Source: Elusimicrobiota bacterium
GTDB taxonomy: Bacteria; Elusimicrobiota; Elusimicrobia; UBA1565; UBA9628
Direction of reading: 5' to 3'
Length of the DNA stretch: 64,000 nucleotides
Assembly: GCA_027319565.1 (NCBI GenBank)
Contig: DAHVNA010000002.1
Location: 56,093-120,092 of the forward strand
Shown here: positions 10,453-20,124 of the stretch, one piece after another
Position numbering within the stretch: the first letter of the stretch is position 1
Layout of the letters: each line of letters opens with the position of its first letter
Position numbers and translations under genes: made by a program
Notes under the pieces: model-generated
What the model was told of the DNA's origin: nothing
Database searches by the model: none
The model's input: the letters and a program-made list of their open reading frames with translations, nothing else

Positions 10453-11207
10453 GCCTTATTTTCGCTTTTTTTAAGATAAATCAGAAATTCCCGATTTCCC
10501 TTGGCTCCCGAAATCGGCGATTCGATCATCCCACATTCTTTAAGACCCACCGAGGGTAAAAAGTTCCGGATTTTTGATATCGCGATCTGACGCGCCTCTT
10601 CCGTCCGAACGATTCCCTTGGGCGCCAGCTTCGGCCCTACTTCAAACTGCGGCTTAATCAAGGCGACGATCTCCGAAGGTTCTTCCAAACAGTCGGAAAC
10701 GGGTTTTAGGACCTGGGTTAATGAAATAAAGGATACATCAATGACCGCCAAGGATGGCCGCGGGGAAAATTCCCCGGGATTTAAAAAACGGGCGTTGATT
10801 TTCTCGTAAACGACCACCCTTAAATCGTCCATGATTTTTTGGGCGATCTGTCCATGTCCGACATCGAGAGCGTAAACCTTTTTCGCGCCTCTTTGAAGCA
10901 GGCAATCGGTAAAACCGCCGGTGGAGGCTCCGACGTCCAGGGCAATTTTTCCGGCGACATCGATATGAAAAGCCTGTAGGGCCGCCTCAAGCTTAAAGCC
11001 CCCGCGAGAGACGTAGGGACAGGGAAGAGAAATTTCTATCAAGGCTGATTTTAAAACCAGGGTCCCCGCCTTGGTGATTACCGCGTCATCAACGCGAACC
11101 TGCCCCGCCATCACGGCGGCCAAGGCTTTTGACCGGGTTTCAAAAAAACCGCGCTCAACTAACAGAACATCCAACCTTTCTTTTTTAATTCGCTTCGGAC
11201 TCTCCAC
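10449..11207 (-). CDS. tlyA: TlyA family rRNA 2'-O-methyltransferase
   Basis: S4 domain (RLDVLL), YVSRGGFKL, DVGASTGGFTD, DVSFISL, KPQFE and GNREF. Start is GTG 11207 (preferred, from the -10 spacing) or ATG 11219. Confidence 0.93.
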   Translation of the reverse strand: MESPKRIKKERLDVLLVERGFFETRSKALAAVMAGQVRVDDAVITKAGTLVLKSALIEISLPCPYVSRGGFKLEAALQAFHIDVAGKIALDVGASTGGFTDCLLQRGAKKVYALDVGHGQIAQKIMDDLRVVVYEKINARFLNPGEFSPRPSLAVIDVSFISLTQVLKPVSDCLEEPSEIVALIKPQFEVGPKLAPKGIVRTEEARQIAISKIRNFLPSVGLKECGMIESPISGAKGNREFLIYLKKSENKA

Positions 11208-11225
11208 ATCATATATCATAGAAGA

Positions 11226-12113
11226 ATGTCGGAGACTTTTGATTGCCGCTCAATCGCGGAGAAATTCAAAGGGTGGGCCCAAGGGGAACTGACTCGCCTG
11301 CCTCAAATCCCGACTCTGGCCACAGTTCTCTTTAAACCCCGCGCGCAAGAAGCTTCTATTCAATACCGCGATTTAGTTCTCAAAGACGCCGCCCGGCTGG
11401 GATTTAACGCGAAAAAATTTGAACCGGCCTCTGAAAGCGAGCTTTGGTCTTTGATTGGAAAACTGAATCTAAATTCATCTATCTCCGGAATTCTCATCTT
11501 TTATCCGATTCATGGATCCATGCCGGATGAGGACTTAATGGATTTAGTCAGCCCTCTTAAAGACGTCGAAGGTCTTCATTCCCTCAATCTTGGGTATCTG
11601 ATCAAATACAAAAAATTTTTAGACGCGGGCCAAATGACCAAATGCGTCGTTCCCGCGACCGCGAAAGCCGTCGTCAAAACCCTTCAAGAACACGGGGTTC
11701 CAATCGCGGGCTCTTTTGTCTCGATCGTCAATAATTCGATGCGGGTGGGAAAACCCCTGGGGCTCATGCTGGAAAATTTGGGCGCGACGGTCGTCAAATG
11801 CCACGATAAAACCCAAAAAACTGATTTGGAGGAATGCGTCCGGCGCGCGGATATTTTAGTGACGGCGGTCCCCAACCCCGATTTTTCAATTGACCCGCGA
11901 TGGATTAAGAAAGGCTGTTCGGTTGTCGATGTCTCTTATCAAGGAAATATCGACGTTGTAAATGCCCGGGAATTTTCAAAAATCATCACCTCTCCGGACA
12001 ACCGAATCGGACAGGTGACCCGCGCGCTTTTATTCGTCAACCTGATTTACTGCGCGAAGGCCCTTAATAATTCCGCTTCGGCTACTCCAATCCTAAAGAC
12101 ACTGGCTCCTTAA
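11226..12113 (+). CDS. folD: FolD family methylenetetrahydrofolate dehydrogenase, MTD1-like and probably monofunctional
   Basis: KDVEGLH, VPATAKAVV, NNSMRVGKPL, ADILVTAV and WIKKG..VVDV motifs. Confidence 0.8.
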   Translation: MSETFDCRSIAEKFKGWAQGELTRLPQIPTLATVLFKPRAQEASIQYRDLVLKDAARLGFNAKKFEPASESELWSLIGKLNLNSSISGILIFYPIHGSMPDEDLMDLVSPLKDVEGLHSLNLGYLIKYKKFLDAGQMTKCVVPATAKAVVKTLQEHGVPIAGSFVSIVNNSMRVGKPLGLMLENLGATVVKCHDKTQKTDLEECVRRADILVTAVPNPDFSIDPRWIKKGCSVVDVSYQGNIDVVNAREFSKIITSPDNRIGQVTRALLFVNLIYCAKALNNSASATPILKTLAP

Positions 12114-12646
12114 TCTTCGTCGGGGAGGGTCTCGCTACGCACTCGCGCCCAAGCTTTCTGGGCTTGAGGGGTCAAAGACTTCATGTTTTGGAGAAAGAGA
12201 GACACTTTCCAAATTTGTTCCGAAGTCAAGGTGTGGGCGAAAGAGGGCATCCCGGTCATGCGAATTCCGTGGAAGACCTTCCAAAAGGTATGCCCCGGCG
12301 GATCGTCTTCAACGCCATCTTTGGCCAGCTGCGGGGGTCTCTGATAAAGACCGAGAGCGATATGAGAGGGTTGTCCGTCGGAAGCCCCGTGGCAGACCGC
12401 GCAGTTTTGAGCATAGATCTCAATTCCCTCAATCAAATTTTTATCATTGAGCGTTTCCGGGTTTGGGGTCTTGGGCGCTTGGCGGTTAATGACGGCGCGC
12501 AAAGCGGTTTTGGCGATGGTTTTTTCAAGCCAAGAGGGCTTGGCATCGGCGTTGGCCGGAGCGTATCCCAATTTAATGACAAGAGCGGCGACGATGACGC
12601 CGCCGACAATCAGACTTAAAGCTCCCAGAATCATTCCTTTAATCAT
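12110..12646 (-). CDS. Membrane-anchored monoheme cytochrome c
   Basis: N-terminal TM helix, CAVCH, GIRMTGMPSF; SD AAGGAG upstream. Confidence 0.88.
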   Translation of the reverse strand: MIKGMILGALSLIVGGVIVAALVIKLGYAPANADAKPSWLEKTIAKTALRAVINRQAPKTPNPETLNDKNLIEGIEIYAQNCAVCHGASDGQPSHIALGLYQRPPQLAKDGVEDDPPGHTFWKVFHGIRMTGMPSFAHTLTSEQIWKVSLFLQNMKSLTPQAQKAWARVRSETLPDED

Positions 12647-12777
12647 ATGAATCTCCTTTTTCTCATTTCCGGCGCGACGCTTTTATTGTGGCATAAAGCG
12701 AGAGTTTTTTCAAAACTCCCGCCCCGTGGTGCGGCGCGCGATGGATTAAAATATAAAGAAACGTTGGAATCACTCCA

Positions 12778-13416
12778 CTAACGACCCGATCGGAATCCTC
12801 GGGAATCTTGCGGAGGTCCAGCGATTTTTCCCGATTTTCGAAACACATCGTCGGCCATGTCGAAAACTAAAACCCCTGATGGATTCGCCGGCCGCCGAAG
12901 AAGCGGGCCGACAAATTTTTTGAACGACTCGTGCGCGGGATCGAAAAATTTAGGATCCGTAATGATGGGAGTTCCTATGTAATAATTGGCGTCGCCTTGG
13001 GACTTAAACGTCACCAAAAATCCATCCTCGAAACCTCCTCCGACTCCCTCGCCGCTGATTTGAGAACCCGCCTCGATCGACTGAATGTAGGGCTCGCCAT
13101 TTCGGATGCAGCGCTTTTTCAAGGATAAAAACTTCCGGCGCACTGCGGTTTTCTGTTCGCTTGTGATGGAGGCGCCATAACGAAACAAGACGATATGTCG
13201 AACTATCCCCGGTTTATAGTTTGGGTCCGTGAACGCTTTAATCCCAACCGAACGGAGTTCCGCTTTTTTTCTGGCGACATAAGGATTTTGCGCCATTTCG
13301 CCTTGGGCTGTTGTGGCGGCCATTTCCTTGGGGGCGGCGGCTAGCGCGGTTTGGAAAAACACAACAGCGGCTAAATTGCCGACGATCAGGGATAGAGATT
13401 TCTTCAAGGCGACCAT
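12778..13416 (-). CDS. Exported Dabb (stress-responsive A/B barrel) family protein
   Basis: Signal peptide, VRHIVLFRY, GFLVTFKS..D..YY and DPAHESFK. Confidence 0.75.
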   Translation of the reverse strand: MVALKKSLSLIVGNLAAVVFFQTALAAAPKEMAATTAQGEMAQNPYVARKKAELRSVGIKAFTDPNYKPGIVRHIVLFRYGASITSEQKTAVRRKFLSLKKRCIRNGEPYIQSIEAGSQISGEGVGGGFEDGFLVTFKSQGDANYYIGTPIITDPKFFDPAHESFKKFVGPLLRRPANPSGVLVFDMADDVFRKSGKIAGPPQDSRGFRSGR

Positions 13417-13627
13417 GTTCTATCCTACCTTATACCTGCCGATCCTAGCGCAGGTCTTCATTTTTTTAAACTGTTGCAATAGCACATTGAACTTGCATAG
13501 TTTTCGTTCCTGGGATTACGGAAGGCCGAGCCTCGCCGAAAACGGATGTGATTTTGGTCGCGGGAAAGGATATCCCATGGCCGGTGAGGCCATGAAGACC
13601 GCGAAAATCAGCGAGATGCAAAAAGAT

Positions 13628-14467
13628 TTATTTGATTGCATGCTCATGAACATCTGGCTCCCGCGCCACAACGAACCCGAATTTATCCTCCATTGCATGG
13701 AATTCCTTATTACTTAATTTTTGCACATCAATTTTTTCTATTTTATTCGGGTAAGTCCAATGGATGAAGTATTGGCAAAGGAGTTCCGGATAATCGGCGT
13801 CTTTGCCGGCCATACCCATATGCCCCGCCCCAAAAAGGGCTTCCTTGCCGTCGGATGAAATTCCCAGGGGCTCATAGATGGGAAGCTTCCACGGCACTTG
13901 AGCGGCGATGGTCCCGTCCGCATCAATCACCCCGCAAAAATCGTGGAACTCGCCCTTGGGATTGTGCGCAATAATGCCCCCCCTGCCGACTATAGCCGAT
14001 TCTTCTGGGTCATTGGAACTGTATGGAATTGTCGGGTCCGTGCACACCGCGACTGCTGGCACGGGATCCGTGCGCACCTCGGTAGCCAGCACGGACCTCG
14101 AGGGGTAATCCCAATTAAGGCGCTGTTGGAAGGTCATGCTTTTAAACGGTTTCACGGGGCTGGGTTTTCTTCTTCCCGTTTCTTGCCCTATTTTCTTCGC
14201 TTCGGATGGTCCGACATTGTGAAAGAAGTCGATCCGATACTGGTAGATCAGGGCCATGTTGTTTTGGTAGTAGATACCGCCAACGCTCCTCTGGTCATTC
14301 GGCACGAAGTCCTTAGGCCCAGTTCTAGGAAAACTATCCCCGAAGACTGTAAAAGTATCCGCCGCGATTAAAACCGCCGACAGAATCATCCGCGATATGC
14401 GCCGCGCGGAGGCGTCTTTTTTCGTTTGATTTCTTTCGCCACTTTTCCCTTTACCTGTTTGTCTCAT
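13628..14467 (-). CDS. Hypothetical, probably exported protein
   Basis: Long ORF; GGAG SD before ATG 14467; basic N-terminus then a hydrophobic stretch. No family recognised. Confidence 0.55.
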   Translation of the reverse strand: MRQTGKGKSGERNQTKKDASARRISRMILSAVLIAADTFTVFGDSFPRTGPKDFVPNDQRSVGGIYYQNNMALIYQYRIDFFHNVGPSEAKKIGQETGRRKPSPVKPFKSMTFQQRLNWDYPSRSVLATEVRTDPVPAVAVCTDPTIPYSSNDPEESAIVGRGGIIAHNPKGEFHDFCGVIDADGTIAAQVPWKLPIYEPLGISSDGKEALFGAGHMGMAGKDADYPELLCQYFIHWTYPNKIEKIDVQKLSNKEFHAMEDKFGFVVAREPDVHEHAIK

Positions 14468-14671
14468 GTCGTTTCTCCATATGCACGAAATGGCAAGTCT
14501 GAAAACGTCCCGCCCCGGTTTGGTTCGAGCGTCCCCATAGGCCGCGCCTTGGCCTGTATTTTCGAACTGGGCGCCTCGACGCATGAGGGCGGGTTGCGGT
14601 CGATGGAGATGATTGCGGCGGCAGGACTTGGATTCGCCAGGGCCCGCTGATACATGCTCTGATTCTAGCGC

Positions 14672-14706
14672 TTTACATTTTGCAGAATCAAAATTCAAAA
14701 TGTAAA
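14672..14706. promoter_or_regulatory. Perfect 11-bp inverted repeat, candidate operator
   Basis: TTTACATTTTG-N13-CAAAATGTAAA in the intergenic region upstream of copA. Confidence 0.4.
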
Positions 14707-14791
14707 CTTTTGGGTGGGCCATCTGGCCTAGACTCGTTTTGTAACTAGAACTTTTTGCCTTCCAAAGAATAAGACTGATATCATAAAAGGG

Positions 14792-17095
14792 ATGGACTCT
14801 TTACCCGCTTCGCCATCCTCCGCCGTTGATCCGGTCTGCAAAATGACCGTTCTCCCTCCCAATCCCAAAGGCGGCTCTTTTTCCTACCAAGGCCAAACCT
14901 ATTTTTTCTGTAATCCCAAATGCCGGGAAAAATTTATCCTAAACCCGGAGAAATTCCTTAATCCCAACGCGCAAGAAAAAGAATCTCCCGTCTCAGGAGG
15001 GGTTTACAGTTGCCCGATGCATCCCGAGGTCAAAAATGAGGGCCCCGGTTCCTGCCCCTTCTGCGGAATGGCGCTAGACCCTGAAATCCCCTCTCTTCAA
15101 AGCGCTCCCGATCCGGAATTGACCGATATGAGCCGACGTTTCTGGATTGGGCTTGTTTTGGGAATCCCGCTCTTGTTTGTGTCCATGTCTTTCATGGCAA
15201 AACCGACGATCGCGGAAAACTGGATTGAACTTGTTTTAGCCACCCCCATCGTCTTGTGGTGCGGAAAACCGTTTTTCATCCGCGCCTTTGAATCTTTAAA
15301 AAACAAAAGCCCCAATATGTTTACGCTCATCGCGATGGGAACCGGAATCGCCTATTTTTCAAGCGTGATTTCTCTTCTTTTTCCGCATTGGTTTCCGCAA
15401 ACGTTTAAAACCCCTACCGGGCAAGCCCCCGTTTATTTTGAATCCGCCGCCACAATCATCGTCTTGGTCTTGTTAGGCCAGATGCTTGAAATTAAAGCCC
15501 GCAGGCGAGCCTCTCAAGCTATAGAAGCCCTTTTAAGCCTCTCTCCCCCCAAAGCCCATCGCATGACTTCCGCCAATCAAGAAGAAGAAATTTCTATCGA
15601 AAAAATCAAACACGGCGATGTTTTAAGGGTCAAACCCGGCGAAAGGGTTCCAACCGACGGAAGTCTTCTTTCCGGCCACAGCGTGGTGGATGAATCTCTT
15701 TTAACCGGCGAGTCTTTCCCGGTTGAGAAACACGCGGGGAACCCGGTCATCGGCGGCACTCTCAACGGCTCCGGAAGTTTCACGATGAAAGCCGAAAAAG
15801 TGGGATCTGAGACGTTTCTCTCGCAGATGGTTCATTTAGTCGCCAAGGCTCAAAAAAGCCGAGCCAAGATTCAAAGGCTAGCGGATCAAGCAGCCGCTTA
15901 TTTCGCGCCGGCCGTGGTCCTGATTGCGGCCCTATCGGGGCTTCTCTGGTTTTTTTTCGGCCCCGAGCCGCGTGTGGGCCATGCCTTGGTCAGCTCCATT
16001 TCGGTTCTCATCATCGCCTGCCCCTGCGCATTGGGGCTGGCCACTCCGATGTCGATTATGGTGGGAATGGGAAAAGGCGCGGAAATGGGAATCTTAATTA
16101 AAAACGCGGAATCTCTTGAAATTTTAGAGAAAGCCGATATTCTCTGCATCGACAAGACCGGCACCTTAACCGAGGGAAAGCCTCAACTGACGGCTCTCAT
16201 TCCCGCGCCCGGATCGAGCGAATCTCGAGTCCTAAGCCTGGCCGCCAGCCTTGAGAAACTCAGCGAACACCCTCTGGGAGAAGCCATCGTCAAAAAAGCC
16301 CGCTATGATCAAACTCCTTTTTTAGAGGTCGGACAATTCGAGTCTTTTCCCGGCCAAGGAATTAAGGCCCAAATAGCGGGACGGGAAATTTTGCTTGGAA
16401 ATGAAAGGTTCCTCCAAAATCATTCCATCGATATTTCCGTTTTAAGAGACAAGGCCGGAGAGCTTAGGGAAGAAGCCCAGAGCGTCGTTTTTGTCGCGGA
16501 CGGAAACAAGACCTCTGGAATCATTGGGATTTCCGATCCTATCAAACCCTCCGCCTTTGAAGCCCTGAAAATTTTAAGGCAGGAAGGAATTAAAATCGTC
16601 ATGCTCAGCGGAGACGATGAGGCGACGGCCAAGGCCGTCGCTAAAAAATTGGGAATTGAAAATATCAAGGCCGGACTCTTGCCTCATCAGAAGCAAGAGA
16701 TTATCAAAAATCTCCAACAATCAGGGCACAGGGTTATCATGGCCGGAGACGGGGTTAACGACGCTCCCGCTCTGGCCCAAGCGGATGTCGGAATCGCAAT
16801 GGGAACCGGAACGGACGCCGCTCTTCAAAGCGCGCCGATTGCCCTGGTGCATGGCGATTTAAAAGACGTGGCCCGCGCCCGCAAATTATCGCAACTGACG
16901 ATACGCAATATCCGGCAAAATTTATTTTGGGCTTTCGCCTATAACGCGCTCTCTATCCCCATCGCGGCGGGAGGGCTTTATCCTTTATTTGGGGCTTCCG
17001 CTCTTTTGAGCCCCGCCCTGGCCGGAGCGGCGATGAGCTTTAGCTCGGTCTCTGTCATCTTAAACGCCTTGCGCTTAAAAAAAGTAAAAATTTAG
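14792..17095 (+). CDS. copA: Cu(I)-translocating P1B-type ATPase with YHS and heavy-metal-binding domains
   Basis: DPVCKM/YFFC (YHS), CPMHP..CPFCGM, TGES, CPC, DKTGTLT, SEHP, GDGVNDAP, YN and MSFSS motifs. Confidence 0.95.
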   Translation: MDSLPASPSSAVDPVCKMTVLPPNPKGGSFSYQGQTYFFCNPKCREKFILNPEKFLNPNAQEKESPVSGGVYSCPMHPEVKNEGPGSCPFCGMALDPEIPSLQSAPDPELTDMSRRFWIGLVLGIPLLFVSMSFMAKPTIAENWIELVLATPIVLWCGKPFFIRAFESLKNKSPNMFTLIAMGTGIAYFSSVISLLFPHWFPQTFKTPTGQAPVYFESAATIIVLVLLGQMLEIKARRRASQAIEALLSLSPPKAHRMTSANQEEEISIEKIKHGDVLRVKPGERVPTDGSLLSGHSVVDESLLTGESFPVEKHAGNPVIGGTLNGSGSFTMKAEKVGSETFLSQMVHLVAKAQKSRAKIQRLADQAAAYFAPAVVLIAALSGLLWFFFGPEPRVGHALVSSISVLIIACPCALGLATPMSIMVGMGKGAEMGILIKNAESLEILEKADILCIDKTGTLTEGKPQLTALIPAPGSSESRVLSLAASLEKLSEHPLGEAIVKKARYDQTPFLEVGQFESFPGQGIKAQIAGREILLGNERFLQNHSIDISVLRDKAGELREEAQSVVFVADGNKTSGIIGISDPIKPSAFEALKILRQEGIKIVMLSGDDEATAKAVAKKLGIENIKAGLLPHQKQEIIKNLQQSGHRVIMAGDGVNDAPALAQADVGIAMGTGTDAALQSAPIALVHGDLKDVARARKLSQLTIRNIRQNLFWAFAYNALSIPIAAGGLYPLFGASALLSPALAGAAMSFSSVSVILNALRLKKVKI

Positions 17096-18168
17096 CTTCC
17101 GCCCATCGAAGATAATTCCTGAGAAGCTTCCTTTCGATTTTCAGAATCCGGATCGTTTTTCACCACCCATTGGAGAAAACCCCGATACTGCGCCGGATCC
17201 ATCAGCTCTTTAAGTTCCAGCCTGGCATTGGTGCGCCGAATCGGGTCGGGATTGGTCTTGGCATAATGGACCAAGATGGGAATGACTTGATGGCTGCGAG
17301 AGGCGAAAAGGGCCGTCTCAATCATCATTTTCTCGTCTTCATCTTTGAGGGATTGATATTTGTTGATTAAATCCTTAATCTGATCTTCGCTGGCTGAAAT
17401 TCCTACCTTGATGGCTAATTGATGGCGAAGATTATTGGGCAGGCGGTTATTTTCGACGATAGCAAGCATCTCATCATATGATTTCTCCATGACAGACATT
17501 GGAATTTCCGTGGCCGCGGCTTCGTCCGCCATCGCCCGCTTTGCCGCGCTACTACTTTTGGCCCAATCAACCAGAAGCGGAAGGGTTTTAGCCCAAAACC
17601 GAGAAGCGAGAATGCGGGCAACAGACGGCGCCTGCTCGGCCTTTTTGACTATCAGTTTAAAGGCTTTATCGCCTTCCCATAAAGCCAAGGCGTCCAAGGC
17701 CTCATAATGAGCGGCCCACATCTGCTTATCCTTGAGAAGCGTCGCCTGTTCGGGACCGGAAAATTTAAATTGAGATTCCGCGATTTTCTCTACGATGGGA
17801 AGAGCTCTTTGAGAGCGCAATTGAAAAGCTCCCTCAATAGCAAACATCAGTATTTTGGGATCCTTATGCGACAAATAACCTAAAAAAACCGAGGCGAGCT
17901 CATGATTAGGGCCCTTGAGAAGAGAAAGCGAACTCATCACCGCGGCCTGAGGCAACGGCTGCGGATAGCGCATATAGAGATCGAAATCATATTGAACATC
18001 AATGGGGGTTGCGGGAGCGGTTTGGGAAATCTGTTTGAGTATTTTTTCCTTTTCGCCCTTGTCCATCGACTGGTAATAAGAACGGCAAAGAGAAACAATA
18101 GGGGGATGGTCCGGAGAAAAATTTTGCGCCCACAAACTGGAACTAAGCAAGAAAAGAATTATCTTCAT
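17092..18168 (-). CDS. Exported HEAT/ARM-repeat-like protein
   Basis: Signal peptide and helical repeats (DPKILMFAIEG, NPDPIRR, DPDSENR). Coupled to nagZ. Confidence 0.6.
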   Translation of the reverse strand: MKIILFLLSSSLWAQNFSPDHPPIVSLCRSYYQSMDKGEKEKILKQISQTAPATPIDVQYDFDLYMRYPQPLPQAAVMSSLSLLKGPNHELASVFLGYLSHKDPKILMFAIEGAFQLRSQRALPIVEKIAESQFKFSGPEQATLLKDKQMWAAHYEALDALALWEGDKAFKLIVKKAEQAPSVARILASRFWAKTLPLLVDWAKSSSAAKRAMADEAAATEIPMSVMEKSYDEMLAIVENNRLPNNLRHQLAIKVGISASEDQIKDLINKYQSLKDEDEKMMIETALFASRSHQVIPILVHYAKTNPDPIRRTNARLELKELMDPAQYRGFLQWVVKNDPDSENRKEASQELSSMGGS

Positions 18169-19613
18169 TTGAGAATCACCTTTAATGCGGCTTCTATTTG
18201 AGATTTTCTGTCTCCCGCCATATCAATGACGGAAGATCTTAAGTCAATCAACGTCAAATCGGTAGAGCCTCTCATCAAAAAAACCGTTGTTTTTTCCGCC
18301 GCTATTTTATTGAGAAGCTCTAAAACCGCTTTTTGGCCGGGAAAGCGCCGGGCCTCAAAACAGAAAAATAAAATTTCCTTTGCGGATCGAATCTGAGAGG
18401 ATATCGAACCAAGATTTTTATTTTGAACCGGCGTTTCAATCAACCGAACGCCCCCGTGGTTTTTAAGCCGGGCTTTTAGCCAACGCTCCGGACCTTCCGG
18501 GCCGCCCTCAAAGGTAAAGAGGGATTTAACTTCAGAAATTTTTGGAAATAACACGAGGACAGCGCCCTTATGCTTTTCCAAAGGAAATTTTTTCTCCCCC
18601 GATCTTAAGACGCGAATCGCCTTTTGGGAAATCCAAGCCGCCAGACGGTTTGCATGAAGAGAATCAGGATTTTGGGATCGGCGATTTTTTCTTTGGATCA
18701 AAATAGGACCGATTTCTTCTTTGAGAGAAAAACCTCTCACTGCCTCTTGGACTTGAGAATGAAGTCGAAAATCGGGATTGGAGAGAATCAACAAATCATG
18801 CCCCGCTTGACAGGCTTGAGCGGCCGCCTCAGCAGGGCTTAAGCCGCTTTTCAAAACCGCTCCCATTGAAAGGTCATCTGAAATGACCAGGCCCTTAAAT
18901 CCCAGTTTTTTCTTTAAAAGTCCGGTGACAATCTTTTTTGAGAATGTGGCGAGTTTTGAGTCCAGAGCGGGGTAATGGATATGAGAGGTCATCACGCAAT
19001 GAACCCCCGCCTTAAACGCGGATAAAAACGGCGGCAAATGGCGCTTAAAAATAAGCGCGCGGGAAATATCAATTTTAGGAATTGAGACATGAGGGTCTAA
19101 GCGCGCCTCCCCGATTCCTGGAAAATGCTTCGCGCAAGCCCAGACCTGATGATCCTCAAGCCCGCGAATAAATTTCTCTCCGTAAAGAGAAACTTCTCCC
19201 GGGTTCTCTCCAAAGGAACGGATTCCAATTCCAGGGTTGTCCAAGGAACCGCTTAAATCCAACACCGGAGCGAAATTAACTAAGATGCCCATATCCGACA
19301 GTTCAAGAGCCATTTGTCGCCCTACCGCATAAGCGAGATCCGGGTTTCCCGTTCTCCCCAACGCTTGCGCGCTGGGAAACGCGGTCACTCCCCTTGAAAA
19401 GCGCGTGACATTTCCCCCTTCATGATCAATAGTCCAAAGTAGCGGCCGCCCCACCGACTGATTGATCCCTGAAATTAAAGCCTTAAGCTGACGTGGAGAA
19501 TCGATATTGCGGGCCAATAATAAAATCCCCGCGGGGTTGATTATTTTGAGATGGGAAACTAAAGCGCGGCTGAGTTTCTTTCCCTCAATTCCTATAATCA
19601 AAGGAGTATACAT
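18165..19613 (-). CDS. nagZ: GH3 beta-N-acetylhexosaminidase
   Basis: IDHEGGNV, NFAPVLD, RSFG, KHFPGIG...DPH and ISDDLSM motifs. Confidence 0.9.
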   Translation of the reverse strand: MYTPLIIGIEGKKLSRALVSHLKIINPAGILLLARNIDSPRQLKALISGINQSVGRPLLWTIDHEGGNVTRFSRGVTAFPSAQALGRTGNPDLAYAVGRQMALELSDMGILVNFAPVLDLSGSLDNPGIGIRSFGENPGEVSLYGEKFIRGLEDHQVWACAKHFPGIGEARLDPHVSIPKIDISRALIFKRHLPPFLSAFKAGVHCVMTSHIHYPALDSKLATFSKKIVTGLLKKKLGFKGLVISDDLSMGAVLKSGLSPAEAAAQACQAGHDLLILSNPDFRLHSQVQEAVRGFSLKEEIGPILIQRKNRRSQNPDSLHANRLAAWISQKAIRVLRSGEKKFPLEKHKGAVLVLFPKISEVKSLFTFEGGPEGPERWLKARLKNHGGVRLIETPVQNKNLGSISSQIRSAKEILFFCFEARRFPGQKAVLELLNKIAAEKTTVFLMRGSTDLTLIDLRSSVIDMAGDRKSQIEAALKVILK

Positions 19614-19679
19614 TTAAGAAATCCTAACATTTTGTAGAATGGGCTAAGGGTTCGTAATGAACCGTTAAGGAGAATCTCG

Positions 19680-20123
19680 ATGAATCCCGAAATTGGAAAT
19701 GCCTGCCGCTTGTCGGGAAGCTCCGACGATCTGGAAACGATCAAAAAAATCTTGGCCTATAAAACAATTGCCGTCGTCGGCTGTTCTCCCAAGCCGGAAA
19801 GGGCCAGCCACTCCGTCGCCGCCTATTTAAAGGAAGAGGGCTATAAAATTATTCCGGTCAACCCGGGACACAAGGAAATTCTCGGCGAAAAATGCTATCC
19901 GTCTCTTCTTGATATTCCCGGGCCGGTCGATGTGGTCGATGTATTCAGAAGATCGGAAGAGGTCTTGCCGGTTATTGAGGAAGCGATTTTGATTAAGGCC
20001 AAAGCCATATGGCTCCAAGACGGGATTTCCCATCCGGAAGGCGAAGCGCGCGCCAAAAAAGCCGGGCTCTTGGTGATTTCAAACGATTGCCTTGGCCGCA
20101 GGCGCTCCCAGATGAAGCCTTAA
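19680..20123 (+). CDS. CoA-binding protein (YccU-like)
   Basis: IAVVGCS, IPVNPG, VDVVDVFR and IWLQDG motifs; SD AAGGAG. Confidence 0.9.
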   Translation: MNPEIGNACRLSGSSDDLETIKKILAYKTIAVVGCSPKPERASHSVAAYLKEEGYKIIPVNPGHKEILGEKCYPSLLDIPGPVDVVDVFRRSEEVLPVIEEAILIKAKAIWLQDGISHPEGEARAKKAGLLVISNDCLGRRRSQMKP

Positions 20124-20124
20124 T

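Noticed and set aside
12650..12777. Small hairpins upstream of the cytochrome c gene (possible riboswitch)
   Set aside because: Short imperfect stems with no aptamer consensus I can recognise.
14468..14722. Longer start for the 13628 ORF and the small overlapping ORFs here
   Set aside because: No recognisable protein features; the SD and hydrophobic segment favour ATG 14467.
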